Shown here: positions 55,573-64,000 of the stretch, one piece after another
How the letters are laid out: every line of letters starts with the position of its first letter
How positions within the stretch are numbered: the stretch's first letter is position 1
Assembly (NCBI GenBank): GCA_964394685.1
Contig: CAYMYO010000003.1
Span: 16,218 to 80,217, forward strand
Direction: 5' to 3'
Origin: an uncultured Gammaproteobacteria bacterium
GTDB taxonomy: Bacteria > Patescibacteriota > Microgenomatia > UBA10105 > UBA927
DNA: 64,000 nucleotides
The notes under the pieces: generated by a model
What the model saw: the letters and a program-made list of their open reading frames with translations, nothing else
Told to the model about the DNA's origin: nothing
Database searches by the model: none
Program-made: the position numbers and the translations under genes

Positions 55573-56349
55573 ATGAACCAATCAACTTTATCAGAAATAA
55601 TTAAGACCGAATTAGGATTAATCGAAAATGCGCCCAATAAATACAAAGATTTTTATCATCATGCGCTTCAATCAATTAACTTACTACAATCTTTTATTAT
55701 TTCTGTAAAAAATGAAGGGTGGTTTTTTGTGGCCTTTCTGTCGCATATAAAAAAGCATCAATTACTTTCGTTGTTATCAATAATTAGAAGACATCATGTC
55801 CAGACCGTAATGAATTTACGGCAAGTATTAGAATCAGGGGTAAGTGCCTCATATGTATTAGCAAATCCGAATATCGATGATTTTGCAATAATTACGCCTG
55901 AAGGCTTGCTAGATGTCAAAGAAGAATTGAAGAGTAGAAGGTATAAATGGTTAGAAAAAAACTATCCCAAAGGATCTGGTGCTATTAAAGCTATGAAAAA
56001 ACAAATGCAGTTGTCCAGTCATTCCAATATTGTTGATACACAAAGAACTTTCAAATATGAAGAAATTGACGGCGCGTCTCAATTAAAGACGTCTTTTTTT
56101 GATCTCGAAAATGAATTTCAAGAAAAAGCGGATTTGTGGGCTACTGCAAATATCGTAATGGGATTAATGGATTTATTCTATGGAATAAACATGAAGCAAA
56201 AAGTTCTTACTTTCTCACCAGCATTTATAGAAGAATTGCAGAATTTGGATAAGGAAAGTAAAAGGCTGAAAGAAATTATTATGAATACTCCCAATTTTAA
56301 AAGAGCTGATAAAATTGCAAAAAAGAGAGATAAAAGGATTAATTATTAA
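55573..56349 (+). CDS. Hypothetical alpha-helical protein
   Basis: 258-aa ORF with 'LRQVLE' and 'SSHSN' motifs reminiscent of HEPN-like/DUF5677 folds. Confidence 0.55.
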   Translation: MNQSTLSEIIKTELGLIENAPNKYKDFYHHALQSINLLQSFIISVKNEGWFFVAFLSHIKKHQLLSLLSIIRRHHVQTVMNLRQVLESGVSASYVLANPNIDDFAIITPEGLLDVKEELKSRRYKWLEKNYPKGSGAIKAMKKQMQLSSHSNIVDTQRTFKYEEIDGASQLKTSFFDLENEFQEKADLWATANIVMGLMDLFYGINMKQKVLTFSPAFIEELQNLDKESKRLKEIIMNTPNFKRADKIAKKRDKRINY

Positions 56350-56894
56350 ATAATAGTTTGAAGAAGAGGATCTATTTGTTGGCGCAACATATTTTCATCA
56401 TATGTTTCAGCTACTTGAATTGCGAGAAATTTAATTCCAGCTTTAGTTAATACGCTTTCAACTTTTTGATCCCTATTTCTTCGGTTGAATTGTAGATGCG
56501 ATTTGCCGTTGAGTTCAATTGCAATTACGGGTGACATGACTTCTTTATCAAATAGCACAAAGTCTAATGAGAGATGGTCAATCAGCCGGTACAGATTATC
56601 ATGGTCCTTTACGTCGTTTTTAACATCCAAAATTGCAGCAAGGCGCACCTGTGGGTATGTGTAGTATTTGTCGCCATAGAGTTTCACAAGGATATCGAAA
56701 AATTGCCGTTCATCTGCACGCATAATTGAGGGTTTTTTGGAGAAGAAACCACGTATGTCTGCCAGATCCAGAAGCTCATCGCGCGTTTTATTGTATTTAT
56801 CTTTGTAGTAAATAGCGATCCAGGCAAAAATGACAATGAAGCCGATAAGGAAAACGAACGCTGTATTGTTAAGAGTAGTGGTTAGTATGGGCAT
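56346..56894 (-). CDS. DUF2726 family protein
   Basis: N-terminal TM, 'E..F...L', 'QVRLA', 'DFVL.D', 'IEL.G.SH....RD'. Confidence 0.82.
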   Translation of the reverse strand: MPILTTTLNNTAFVFLIGFIVIFAWIAIYYKDKYNKTRDELLDLADIRGFFSKKPSIMRADERQFFDILVKLYGDKYYTYPQVRLAAILDVKNDVKDHDNLYRLIDHLSLDFVLFDKEVMSPVIAIELNGKSHLQFNRRNRDQKVESVLTKAGIKFLAIQVAETYDENMLRQQIDPLLQTII

Positions 56895-56962
56895 ATATTT
56901 ACTATAGAGCTTCTCAGGGTATAATCAAAGGGATTTCAGTATAGATCGTTCCTCTAATAACT

Positions 56963-57400
56963 ATGAATCAAACAGACGCCTTGCTTCAAGGTCAATTTGG
57001 ACAATACATAAAGAAGCTCGAAGAGTTTGAAAAGAAATACGGTGTGGCGTGGGTAAGGAGTAAATACGCGGATTTTCCCACGAAAGACAATCCATATTAT
57101 GAATTTGCAAAAAAGATGCATGCAGCGTACTTATACCGACAAAAAAGAAACAGGCCTTCAGAAAAACCCATTCATGAAGTCAGCATCACAAGGAATGCCC
57201 TTAAAAAGATGCATAAGGAGAAGTTTGGTATTTCCAACCAATTGCTAAATTCTTTAGCAGGATTTAATAGCGGCGGTGGTAAAATAGCTCACTCCTCTGA
57301 GGAGTTTTACGATGGCTGGATTGCATTTAATTCCAAGAATATACATAATCCCAAAATAAAAACTATTGTTGAGGAGGCGGCTGTAAAAAAGATGAAGTGA
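56963..57400 (+). CDS. Hypothetical protein
   Basis: 145-aa ORF whose stop overlaps the start of the next gene. Confidence 0.55.
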   Translation: MNQTDALLQGQFGQYIKKLEEFEKKYGVAWVRSKYADFPTKDNPYYEFAKKMHAAYLYRQKRNRPSEKPIHEVSITRNALKKMHKEKFGISNQLLNSLAGFNSGGGKIAHSSEEFYDGWIAFNSKNIHNPKIKTIVEEAAVKKMK

Positions 57401-59244
57401 TGAAAAAGATCTCTCATTTTATTAGCAACAGAGAAAAAAAAGTAAAAAAGTATATCGATCGAAACGGACTAACGGGGAAGAGAGTAAAAGTAAAGAGAGT
57501 GAGGCCAGTAAAGCCCGTAGGCAAGGAAATTCTTGAGTCCTCTGAAACTATCGATGTCTATTACATCACGGGGGGAGGTTCAAATGCTACGATTCATGAC
57601 GCTGCATCCATATCGGTAGTCAAAAATGGAAACATTTTTATTCAAAAGAATATTGAGGGCAAGACGGCAAATGAGGCAGAATATTTAGCACTCATCGAAG
57701 CGTTGCGCGATGTTGGTGATAAAAGGGCGGTCATTTACAGCAATTCGCAGTTGGTGGTGTTTACGGTTACCAATTACTACAAGATGAAAGCGGAAAATTT
57801 GAAACCTCTATATAAACAAGCTAGGGATCTAATTGATGGAAAGAATGTTGATATTTTATGGATTTCCTATTTCAAAAATAAGGCGGTTGATCAGCATGCG
57901 CAGCATTCTTTTAAATCCCAACCGAAACAGAGATTAAATGAAAGACGCATCGATATATCAGACATCACTTTAAGTTCAGAACAAAAAGAACTATTTGAAT
58001 TACTTGAAAAGGCGAATAATCACTATTTTTTTACGGGTAAAGCTGGAACAGGCAAATCTGTATTGCTTCAATACTTTCGTCAAAAGTCAGAAAAACACAT
58101 TGTTGTATGTGCGCCGACAGGTGTGGCCGCTCTGAATATTGGGGGGCAAACTATTCATTCGCTTTTTAAAATACCTCCTGGGTTTGTGAAAAAAGATAGT
58201 CTGAAAATTGAGAAAAGAACGGCTAAGTTGTTAAAACATATTGATTCCGTGGTTATTGACGAGGTTTCTATGGTGAGTCCTGATTTGATGGATGCGATGG
58301 ATCATCTCCTGAGGCAGGCGAGAAATAGCACTGTGCCGTTTGGAGGAGTACAAATGGTTATGTTTGGTGATTTGTATCAGCTACCTCCAGTGTTGACGGA
58401 TAAAGAACTTTATGAGTATTTTGAGAAAAATTACGGGGGATATTTTTTCTTCAACGCGCATGTTTGGCAACGCACTTCGTTTGAAATTCGGGAATTAACA
58501 ACGATTTTTCGGCAAAAAGATGAGGATTTTAAAATAATACTTAATGCAATAAGAGAGGGAACTATTACCGATGAGCAACTTGCGCTACTAAATAAGAGAA
58601 CTGTTGCAGCACCTTCGGAGGGCGTTGTGATTCTAGCAACCATAAATGTGTCAGTTGCCAAAATTAACGAGATGAGACTCTCGAAGCTTGAAGCAACGGT
58701 GTATGAATACGAGGCTGAGATAGAGGGAAGTCTTGAAAAGTCAGCGTTTCCTGCTGACGAAGTGTTACGTTTGAAAAAGGGAGCACAGGTAATGTTGCTT
58801 AGAAATGATAAGGAGAAGCGATGGGTTAATGGATCAATGGGATATATACATTCCCTTACTGATACGATAATACAAGTGAGTATTGATGGTGTTAACTATA
58901 CGATTCCAAAAGAGACATGGAAAAAAATACGATACAACTTTAATCAAACTACAAATAGTATTGAAGAAGAGGTTGTCAGTTCATTTACGCAATTTCCGTT
59001 GAAACTTGCCTGGGCGATCACTATTCATAAATCACAGGGACAAACATATACGACAGTAGCTATAGATATGGGAAGAGGCGCATTTGCCTCTGGACAAGCA
59101 TATGTTGCGTTAAGCAGGTGTCGAACGCTTGATGGTATTTATTTGAAAAGACCGATATTGCGACAAGATATTATTGTGGAATCGAAAATTAAGGATTTTA
59201 TGAAGAATACTATCCATTTACAAATTCCGCCCAATTTGGGTTAA
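57397..59244 (+). CDS. RNase H-like domain fused to a PIF1-family helicase
   Basis: 'T.NEAEY.ALI.AL...S.SQLVV' RNase HI pattern; 'TGKAGTGKS', 'IDEVSMV', 'GDLYQLPPV', 'AITIHKSQG', 'YVALSR'. Confidence 0.88.
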   Translation: MMKKISHFISNREKKVKKYIDRNGLTGKRVKVKRVRPVKPVGKEILESSETIDVYYITGGGSNATIHDAASISVVKNGNIFIQKNIEGKTANEAEYLALIEALRDVGDKRAVIYSNSQLVVFTVTNYYKMKAENLKPLYKQARDLIDGKNVDILWISYFKNKAVDQHAQHSFKSQPKQRLNERRIDISDITLSSEQKELFELLEKANNHYFFTGKAGTGKSVLLQYFRQKSEKHIVVCAPTGVAALNIGGQTIHSLFKIPPGFVKKDSLKIEKRTAKLLKHIDSVVIDEVSMVSPDLMDAMDHLLRQARNSTVPFGGVQMVMFGDLYQLPPVLTDKELYEYFEKNYGGYFFFNAHVWQRTSFEIRELTTIFRQKDEDFKIILNAIREGTITDEQLALLNKRTVAAPSEGVVILATINVSVAKINEMRLSKLEATVYEYEAEIEGSLEKSAFPADEVLRLKKGAQVMLLRNDKEKRWVNGSMGYIHSLTDTIIQVSIDGVNYTIPKETWKKIRYNFNQTTNSIEEEVVSSFTQFPLKLAWAITIHKSQGQTYTTVAIDMGRGAFASGQAYVALSRCRTLDGIYLKRPILRQDIIVESKIKDFMKNTIHLQIPPNLG

Positions 59245-59472
59245 GGACAGCTGTTGAGTGAATATAAAGAATCGGTTAAAGACTTGAGAAGTAGAATATA
59301 TCAAACTACATCATAAGAATTTGAGACATTCCCTTTTTATACTGTCTCATTTGTCTCATTTAGCCACGACTACGGGACATGAAAAACGCTGAATCTGGTA
59401 CAATACTACATTAGGAGTATAGAGAGACTAAGGGATACAAGAGTTCCCAACTCGTATGCTCCGCCACGATTT

Positions 59473-59889
59473 ATGAAATTTAATACACTACTTCCCGAAT
59501 TATACGTTTTGGATTTTGATGAGAGTCTGTTTTTTTATCGGGATATCCTTGGGTGGTCCGTCGAATATACCCGAGAGGATCCGAAATTTGCGTTTTTGTC
59601 ATACGGTAAAAGTCAGTTGATGATTCAAGAGTTACAACCTGGAGAAAAGGAAAAAGAAAAATTGGATTATCCGTTCGGTCGAGGCATTAACTTTCAAATC
59701 GAGACAGGTAGCGTGCAGAAAATAATCGATTCATTAAAAAAGCATCAGTATCCATTAAAACGGGGGATTAAAGACAGCTGGTATCAGGGAGATGGGATAA
59801 GCTATGGCTGTCGAGAGATATTAGTACAAGACCCGGATGGATATCTGTTACGTTTTTCTGAAGATTTGGGTGAAAAAAGCAGCGCTTAA
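59473..59889 (+). CDS. VOC/glyoxalase-bleomycin resistance family protein
   Basis: 'PEL.V.D...S..FY..ILG', 'RE..VQDPDGYLLRF'. Confidence 0.85.
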   Translation: MKFNTLLPELYVLDFDESLFFYRDILGWSVEYTREDPKFAFLSYGKSQLMIQELQPGEKEKEKLDYPFGRGINFQIETGSVQKIIDSLKKHQYPLKRGIKDSWYQGDGISYGCREILVQDPDGYLLRFSEDLGEKSSA

Positions 59890-59913
59890 TATAGGTTATA
59901 ATACTGTCAATTA

Positions 59914-60696
59914 ATGAATAAGAAAACAATACTTCTTACCGGGGATGATGGGTATAACTCGATCGGAACGAGATTGCTGATCCATTTTTTAAAAAATGAT
60001 TTCGATCTTGCCATTGTTGGAACGCTCAAACAGCAAAGCGGTGTCGGCGGGTTTAAATCCATTCAGCTAACTGGCACATGGGGAAAAGAAACGGTTGACG
60101 GAATACAAACGTTTTGGATAGACGGATCTCCCGTTGATGCAATGGAGCTAGGGAAAGATGTGTTTCCAGTTCCATTTGACTATATCATTTCCGGTATTAA
60201 TTTGGGAGCAAATATTGGAGGATGTTTAGTAACTTCAGGAACATTTTCAGCTGCCGCACATGGAGTAAATCTTGGAATAGCTCGTCGGGCTATTGCAATC
60301 AGTTGGGATACGCCTGCATCATTTCATTTCCGAAACCATTCAATCAAAGACGATTTTTCTTCATATCTTGCGCATCCTGGAAAAGCAGCGTACAGAGTTT
60401 TAAAAGATGTTATATCGAATGCGTGTTGGGGAGCTGATATTGTTAACATCAATCTTCCACAACACCCAACAACAACCGTTGAGTTTGTTAAGCCGTTGAA
60501 AGATATATATACCCTGTGGCCAAGCATTAAACTGAACAAGAAAACAAAAACGTATTCATATATGAAAGGAAATATGTCAACGCATCTTGGAGCGAAAGAT
60601 ACTGATGTGCAAGCATTAGCGCGAGGACACATTGCGGTTTCGCCCTGTCAGTCAACCTATTTTCATACAATGGCATATAAGAAAATGGTAAAATAA
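59914..60696 (+). CDS. surE: 5'/3'-nucleotidase SurE
   Basis: 'LLTGDDG', 'QQSG', 'GSPVD', 'SGINLGAN...SGT'. Confidence 0.85.
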   Translation: MNKKTILLTGDDGYNSIGTRLLIHFLKNDFDLAIVGTLKQQSGVGGFKSIQLTGTWGKETVDGIQTFWIDGSPVDAMELGKDVFPVPFDYIISGINLGANIGGCLVTSGTFSAAAHGVNLGIARRAIAISWDTPASFHFRNHSIKDDFSSYLAHPGKAAYRVLKDVISNACWGADIVNINLPQHPTTTVEFVKPLKDIYTLWPSIKLNKKTKTYSYMKGNMSTHLGAKDTDVQALARGHIAVSPCQSTYFHTMAYKKMVK

Positions 60697-60701
60697 AGGA
60701 T

Positions 60702-61298
60702 ATGGAATACAATAGACAACAATTTTTTGAAGTGTTACAAAAACAGCTTGAACCGAACATTCTCAATCATTCACTCGCTGTGGAAGCCTGTATGGATGGG
60801 ATATATGAATATCTTGCCTCTCAACAGCAATTAGGGAGTAATGAACCTATCAAAGAAGATTGGCTTCTTGCTGGGCTCATTCATGATATTGATTACGGAG
60901 GAGAGTTTAAAAATGACCATCCGTTTAAGCTCAAAGAAGCATTGCAAAAATGTCAGTTAGAAATATCACCTGTTGTTGAGAAGATTATCCGTGCTCATGC
61001 TGCATCTCACTTTAAAATAACTCCATCTAATAAAGCGGAGTGGGCAATATATTGTGCTGATAGTTTAACTGGTCTTATTATGGCCGTAGCTTTCGTTTAC
61101 CCCTCACGAAAGCTGGCTGACGTAAAAATATCCTCAGTAATAAAACGATTTTTAAAACAACCAAATTTTGCTGCTGGAACAAGACGAAATGAGGTAGCGG
61201 AGTGTAGTAAATCTGAAGGACTTGCTATTCCACTCGAAAAATTTATTGAAATTTGTCTTTTATCCATGCAGAAAATCGCAGATCAAATCGGTTTATGA
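60702..61298 (+). CDS. HD-domain phosphohydrolase
   Basis: 'HSLAVE', 'GLIHDIDY', 'D.LTGLI'. Confidence 0.82.
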   Translation: MEYNRQQFFEVLQKQLEPNILNHSLAVEACMDGIYEYLASQQQLGSNEPIKEDWLLAGLIHDIDYGGEFKNDHPFKLKEALQKCQLEISPVVEKIIRAHAASHFKITPSNKAEWAIYCADSLTGLIMAVAFVYPSRKLADVKISSVIKRFLKQPNFAAGTRRNEVAECSKSEGLAIPLEKFIEICLLSMQKIADQIGL

Positions 61299-61765
61299 TT
61301 ACCTGTACGTTTGAAAATGGAAACACCAATTCTCTTCGACATGTTGTTGTTCACATGATTGTTGAAAAAGACGGATGTTTACTGTTGGAAAAACGTGATG
61401 GACCAATTTTGGAAACCGGGAAATGGAGTTTACCAGCCGGATTTCTTGATCGAGGAGAAACAGCAGTGGAATGTGCTGTGCGGGAATTGAAAGAAGAAAC
61501 AGGGTGGATTGGAGAGGTTGTAAAACTGTTTAAAATTAACACCAGCCCCAATCGTCCAAAAGAGGATCGTCAGAATGTAACGATTGAATTTATTGTAAAA
61601 CCCACTAAAAAAGTCGGTGAAAAAGATTGGGAGTCGTCAAAAGTAGAATGGATTCCTTTTGACAAACTGCTTCCGTATGATGAGTATGCATTTGACCATG
61701 GAGAAACAATCAAGCAATATCTTGAATATCGGAAAAAATCATTCCAACTACCAATCCTTATTTGA
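61295..61765 (+). CDS. NUDIX hydrolase
   Basis: Nudix box 'GFLDRGETAVECAVRELKEETG'; 'AFDH'. Confidence 0.88.
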   Translation: MITCTFENGNTNSLRHVVVHMIVEKDGCLLLEKRDGPILETGKWSLPAGFLDRGETAVECAVRELKEETGWIGEVVKLFKINTSPNRPKEDRQNVTIEFIVKPTKKVGEKDWESSKVEWIPFDKLLPYDEYAFDHGETIKQYLEYRKKSFQLPILI

Positions 61766-61833
61766 AATTTTATTTTTTTGTGGTATTCTTCCCATACGAG
61801 TAATGTAAGACTGTTTTTGAGAGGTGTATTGAT

Positions 61834-63615
61834 ATGGGTGATGCAGATGAAGTAAAAGCAAAATTAAATATCATCGATGTTATCGGTGAAAAAGTACCAC
61901 TCAAGAAAGCTGGCCGTAACTTCAAAGGACTGTGTCCGTTCCATAACGAAAAAACTCCATCGTTTATGGTATCCCCAGAGAGACAAGTATTCCATTGTTT
62001 TGGGTGCGGCAAAGGCGGATCAGTTATTGATTTTGTCATGGAATACGAACATATGGAGTTTCCGGAAGCACTTGAGGAACTAGCTGAGCGCGCGGGAGTA
62101 ACCTTAACAAAAAGGAAATCAGATTCACCCGAGCGAAAATTAAAAGATACACTGTTTGAAATCAACCACCTTGCGAGTGAATTTTATCACTATATATTAA
62201 CCAAACACCACTTAGGAGAAAAAGCGCTCCTGTATCTTCGAAACCGTGGAATCACAGACAAATCGATCCGCACGTTTTCTTTAGGGTACAGTCCGAATAC
62301 ATGGGAATCGTTGTATCAATTTTTAAAAAAGAAACAGTATGACGACACGATGATAGAAAAAGCAGGGTTAGTGCTTCGTGGAAATCGTGGGATGTATGAC
62401 CGATTCCGCGGACGGCTCATGTTTACACTTCGAGATCACAAAGGAAACATCGTCGGTTTTTCAGGACGAGTACTAGATCCAACAATTAAGGAAGCAAAAT
62501 ACATTAATACTTCTGAGACACCAGTCTATAGTAAAAGCAATGTTCTTTATGGTCTCGACGTGACGCACGATGCAATTGTCAAAGCAGGGGAGGCAATTCT
62601 CATGGAGGGTGAAATTGATGTGATTTCCTCTTTTCAGGTGGGCGTATCAAATGTAGTTGCTATTAAAGGCTCAGCTCTTACAGAAGGACATGTTCATCTC
62701 CTTAAACGTTATACAGAGCGCGTTATCTTTGCCCTTGACGCTGACATGGCAGGCGATAAGGCAGCCAGACGTGGCATTGACGTCGGAGAGGGAGTGGGAC
62801 TGGATATGCGGGTTGCTATTATGCCGATTGGAAAAGATCCTGATGAAGCAGCGCGGGAAGATGAGGTGGGACTTAAACATGCATTAAAAAACGCAATTCC
62901 TATTTATGATTACTTTATAGAGTCTGCAAAAAAACGATTTGATCTCACCAGCGCGTTTGGAAAACAAAAAGCGAGTGAAGAGCTTCTTCCCATCTTATCC
63001 AAAATTGAAAATGGCATCGTGCAGGGTCACTATATTAAAAAAACTGCAGAAGTATTTGGCGTATCTGAAGAAACGGTCGTTGATGGAATCAAAAAGGTAA
63101 AACGCCCCATAGAAATGGTTCGCGGAAAAACTGTCGATAGGAACAAATCAAGTTTCGCCATTTCAGGACCGGAACGATTTGAGTTATACACATTGGGACT
63201 TCTTTTACAACGTGATACAAAAAAATTGTATGCTGATATCTTACAAGTGGTGACAATAGCTTCTTTGAAACATATGGGAGTGCGCCGAGTCATGGAACAA
63301 ATAGATTCGTATCTTAAACAAGATGCTGCGTTTGTGGTTTCAGAGTTTGCCGAAACGCTTCCAAAAGAGCTGCTTCCAGTTCTTGATGAAGCATATTTAT
63401 GGGACATATCGACCATTGTTGATGATCCGGACGCGTATCAAAAAGAATGGAGTAAAACCCTCAAGGAAGTACAAAAAAGCATCATCAGGCGTTGCATGCG
63501 TGATGTAACGGAAAAGATAAAATCAAGTAAAGATGAGGATACGGAAACCCTTCAACAAGAGCTTGTAAAGCTTACTGTTGCATTTACCGCTCTAGAAAAA
63601 CAAGAGCGAAGCTGA
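61834..63615 (+). CDS. dnaG: DNA primase
   Basis: 'CPFHNEKTPSF', 'CFGC', 'KYINT', 'EG.ID', 'D.D.AG', 'KDPD'. Confidence 0.97.
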   Translation: MGDADEVKAKLNIIDVIGEKVPLKKAGRNFKGLCPFHNEKTPSFMVSPERQVFHCFGCGKGGSVIDFVMEYEHMEFPEALEELAERAGVTLTKRKSDSPERKLKDTLFEINHLASEFYHYILTKHHLGEKALLYLRNRGITDKSIRTFSLGYSPNTWESLYQFLKKKQYDDTMIEKAGLVLRGNRGMYDRFRGRLMFTLRDHKGNIVGFSGRVLDPTIKEAKYINTSETPVYSKSNVLYGLDVTHDAIVKAGEAILMEGEIDVISSFQVGVSNVVAIKGSALTEGHVHLLKRYTERVIFALDADMAGDKAARRGIDVGEGVGLDMRVAIMPIGKDPDEAAREDEVGLKHALKNAIPIYDYFIESAKKRFDLTSAFGKQKASEELLPILSKIENGIVQGHYIKKTAEVFGVSEETVVDGIKKVKRPIEMVRGKTVDRNKSSFAISGPERFELYTLGLLLQRDTKKLYADILQVVTIASLKHMGVRRVMEQIDSYLKQDAAFVVSEFAETLPKELLPVLDEAYLWDISTIVDDPDAYQKEWSKTLKEVQKSIIRRCMRDVTEKIKSSKDEDTETLQQELVKLTVAFTALEKQERS

Positions 63616-63681
63616 TATACTATGGCTGTTCAATCGAAGTCATTTGTCTCGGCTTATGGGACAAAGACTCACGGTACATAT

Positions 63682-64000
63682 ATGGCAAAAACAAAACCTA
63701 TCAGCAGCGTTGATGAACTTCTCAAAGAAGGGAAAGAAAACGGCTTTATTTCCCAAGAAGATATTCTTTATCTTTTCCCAAAACCTGAAGACCACATCAT
63801 TGAAATTGATCTTTTGTACGATAAACTCATTCGGTCCGGTATCGATGTATTTGAAACCACATCCGCAGATGTGGAAAAAGAAGCGGGAAAAAGCATTGAG
63901 GAGTTAGAAAAGGAGATTGAGGCGCTTGCGTCATCAAGCGCAGAACCCGTATCAGATCCCGTCCGGATGTATTTAAAAGAAATTGGCCGTATACCGCTTC
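63682..64000 (+). CDS. rpoD: RNA polymerase primary sigma factor (5' part, runs off the window)
   Basis: My translation gives MAKTKP...GKENGFISQEDI...SDPVRMYLKEIGRIPL (regions 1.1-1.2); follows dnaG. Confidence 0.92.
   Translation, partial: MAKTKPISSVDELLKEGKENGFISQEDILYLFPKPEDHIIEIDLLYDKLIRSGIDVFETTSADVEKEAGKSIEELEKEIEALASSSAEPVSDPVRMYLKEIGRIPL

Noticed and set aside
59440-59466. attR copy of the tRNA-Ser 3' end closing the island
   Set aside because: Only about 6-8 nt (CTCCGCCA) match and no integrase is present, so it is too weak to call.
63644-63907. 87-aa ORF in the supplied track
   Set aside because: It is an off-frame shadow of rpoD, which starts at 63682.

Overview
This window looks like chromosomal DNA of a Patescibacteria (CPR) bacterium, probably Microgenomates-like; that is an inference from gene content and style, not a database result. 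In order it holds: (1) the end of a surface-glycan cluster; (2) dnaA-oriC-dnaN; (3) a CPR-type type IV secretion/conjugation-like locus (M23 peptidase, VirB4, PrgI-like, VirD4, VirB6-like, eight VirB2/TrbC-like pilins), interrupted by nadD/four-helix-bundle/nadE, a repeat-bounded HEPN-MNT plus Fic cassette array, a 984-aa orphan, an ECF sigma module and a compact MEP isoprenoid operon (ispH-dxr-ispD-ispF-ispE-ispG-idi-like-uppS, no dxs); (4) smpB-tmRNA and a tRNA-rich region with all four tRNA-Ser and two tRNA-Arg genes, two GIY-YIG genes, a free-standing LAGLIDADG gene, tRNA fragments and REP-like palindromes; (5) a defence-type island after tRNA-Ser(GGA) (PLD-TRD chimera, Shedu, PD-(D/E)XK, AlbA_2/Schlafen, RNase H-PIF1); (6) surE, HD and NUDIX genes, dnaG and the start of rpoD. 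The most unusual signals are the tRNA stub/endonuclease/replacement-tRNA arrangements, the direct-repeat cassette array, the inverted-repeat-flanked four-helix-bundle gene, the dxs-less MEP operon with a divergent Dxr, a 32-codon tmRNA tag and widespread leaderless promoters.
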